Source of the DNA: Nitrospirota bacterium
GTDB taxonomy: Bacteria > Nitrospirota > UBA9217
Reading direction: 5' to 3'
DNA length: 25,708 nt
Assembly: GCA_029858565.1 (NCBI GenBank)
Contig: JAOUEV010000049.1
Coordinates: 1-25,708, forward strand
The position numbers were made by a program, and so were the translations under genes. Under the pieces are notes generated by a model. That model ran no database searches, was not told the origin of the DNA, and saw only the letters and a program-made list of their open reading frames with translations. Shown piece by piece: positions 23,934 through 25,708 of this stretch; within the stretch, counting starts at the first letter, position 1; each line of letters begins with the position of its first letter.

Positions 23934-25708
23934 ATGACAAGCCAGGCCTGGCATTCTCTCGAATCATCAAAGATCGCGAAAGAACTGGAAACCGATCCCC
24001 ATAAGGGTCTAGCCAGGGATGAGGCTTCCCGGAGGCTGGCGCGCTTCGGCGCGAACGAGCTCACGAAGGAAGAGGGCATCTCGCCGCTCAAGCTGTTCTT
24101 CAATCAGTTCAAGAACCTGCTGGTCGTCATTCTGCTGGTCGCCATTGTACTGTCTGCGCTGGTAGGCGAGGTGGTGGATGCCGGGATCATCGCCGTGATC
24201 GTCATCTTTGTTGCGGTCCTGGGTTTCGTCCAGGAGTATCGCGCCGAGCGGGCGATCGAGGCGCTTCGACAGATGCTTTCCCCGACAATTACCGTGCTTC
24301 GGTCCGGACAGGAAGAGGAGGTCCCCTCCAAGGACCTGGTTCCCGGTGACGTGATGGTGCTCGAGGCGGGAGATAAAATCCCGGCGGACGGCAGGATCCT
24401 GGAGGAGCATTCTTTGCGGTGCGACGAAGCATCGTTGACCGGCGAGTCCGTGCCGGTCAGCAAGCACGCGGACGTTGTGGCCGCGAACGCGCCGCTCAAT
24501 GACCGGAAGAACATGGTGTTCACCGGTACGACCGTCACCTATGGCCGCGGCAAGGTCGTGGTCATTGCGACGGCCATGGAGACCGAACTCGGAAAGATCG
24601 CCCGGAATGTGACTGCAGTGGAAACGGAGCGGACGCCGCTGGAGAAACGGACCGAGGAGATCGGAAAATGGCTCGGGAATATCGCCATCGGCGTCTGCGT
24701 TCTCGTCGCCGGTATCAGCATCGGCCGCGAGTATTTCGTTCACGGAAGCGTGAGCCTGTCCTTCGTCGTGACGGTCGCCATGTTCGCGATTGCCCTCGCG
24801 GTTGCCGCGGTCCCCGAGGCCCTGGCGGCCATTGTCACCGGCGCGCTCGCCATCGGGATGCGGCAGATGGCGAAGCAGAACGCCCTTATCCGGAAGATGC
24901 CCGCGGTCGAGACGCTGGGCTGCACCACCGTGATCTGCACGGACAAGACCGGCACGCTCACCAAGGGCGAGATGACCGTGCGCAAGCTCTTCCTGGGAGG
25001 TGGATGGATCGACGTGAGCGGCGCGGGCTATGCGCCCGAGGGCGGGTTCCGATCGGGAAACGAGATCGTGCCGACCACCGGCAACCGGCTGCTCGAGGAA
25101 TTCCTGAAGCACGGGATCCTGTGCAACGATTCGGATCTTTACGAGCGGGAGGGCAAATGGCTGATCAAGGGAGATCCGACCGAAGGTGCGCTGGTGGTGG
25201 CTGCCACCAAGGCGGGCATGCGGGTGGCAGAGACGCGGCTTGAGAATCCCCGCGTCGAGGAACTGCCCTTCAGCTCCGAGCGAAAGCGGATGACGACCAT
25301 CCATGAACGGAGCGGGCAGCGCATTGCATCGGTCAAGGGCGCGCCGGAGCTGGTGCTGGAGCGGTGTTCCCATATACTGGACAACGGTTCCGCACGGCCG
25401 CTGGTCGAGGCGGATAGGACTGCCGTGCTTGCGGCGAACGAGGAAATGGCAAAGGGCGCGCTGCGCGTGCTCGCCGTGGCAACCCGCGAGCTTCCCGCGG
25501 GCATCTCCTATGAAGAGGATGCCGTGGAACAGGGGATGGTGTTCCTCGGACTCGCCGGCATGATGGACCCGCCCCGTGCCGAGGCGATCGAGGCGATCCG
25601 CGTCTGCCGCCAGGTGCATATCCGTCCGGTGATGATCACCGGGGACCACAAGCTGACCGCGGTCGCAGTGGCGCGGGAAATGGGGATCTACCGCGAGGGC
25701 GACCGGGT
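23934..25708 (+). CDS. Cation-transporting P-type ATPase, P2A/Ca2+(Mn2+)-type (3'-truncated by window edge)
   Basis: Absent from the ORF track (no stop in window). GGAGG SD; MTSQAWHSL...GL...EA.RRL..FG.NEL, LTGES, VPEAL, DKTGTLT (24942), GDPTEGAL, KGAPE, DPPR, MITGD (25638), all in frame. Confidence 0.96.
   Translation, partial: MTSQAWHSLESSKIAKELETDPHKGLARDEASRRLARFGANELTKEEGISPLKLFFNQFKNLLVVILLVAIVLSALVGEVVDAGIIAVIVIFVAVLGFVQEYRAERAIEALRQMLSPTITVLRSGQEEEVPSKDLVPGDVMVLEAGDKIPADGRILEEHSLRCDEASLTGESVPVSKHADVVAANAPLNDRKNMVFTGTTVTYGRGKVVVIATAMETELGKIARNVTAVETERTPLEKRTEEIGKWLGNIAIGVCVLVAGISIGREYFVHGSVSLSFVVTVAMFAIALAVAAVPEALAAIVTGALAIGMRQMAKQNALIRKMPAVETLGCTTVICTDKTGTLTKGEMTVRKLFLGGGWIDVSGAGYAPEGGFRSGNEIVPTTGNRLLEEFLKHGILCNDSDLYEREGKWLIKGDPTEGALVVAATKAGMRVAETRLENPRVEELPFSSERKRMTTIHERSGQRIASVKGAPELVLERCSHILDNGSARPLVEADRTAVLAANEEMAKGALRVLAVATRELPAGISYEEDAVEQGMVFLGLAGMMDPPRAEAIEAIRVCRQVHIRPVMITGDHKLTAVAVAREMGIYREGDR

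Noticed and set aside
24009-25649. 546-aa minus-strand ORF
   Set aside because: Antisense shadow of the P-type ATPase, which has all canonical motifs on the plus strand; long shadow ORFs are expected at high GC.

Overview
GC-rich bacterial chromosomal window; gene order and style suggest a Nitrospirota/deltaproteobacterium-like diderm (inference). It opens with housekeeping genes: partial rsmE, then rpiB-glyA-dCMP deaminase-nrdR-priA, whose sigma70 promoter contains an NrdR-box-like site. An accessory stretch follows: a heme-c/PAS hybrid histidine kinase bracketed by a degenerate duplication of the priA 3' end, a CsgG/FlgO-like secreted protein, a DUF2157/DUF4401/GDYXXLXY membrane operon, a serine hydrolase, an AbrB-Doc toxin-antitoxin pair and a decayed VapC remnant. 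Next come an acyl-CoA thioesterase, SulP and a wHTH-PD-(D/E)xK protein. The best candidate for a new system is a minus-strand cluster (18974-23623): an ECF sigma factor, a membrane anti-sigma with an extracytoplasmic CBM48/AMPK-type glycogen-binding domain, a second secreted CBM48, a helical-repeat protein, a small charged secreted protein and an outer-membrane beta-barrel. Two near-identical TGTAAC-N16-CGTC ECF-type promoters are visible inside it. The window ends with a yybP-ykoY (Mn2+) riboswitch and terminator ahead of a truncated P-type ATPase. Many intergenic gaps hold REP-like or short-period palindromic repeats. All domain calls are by eye from motifs; no database searches were run.
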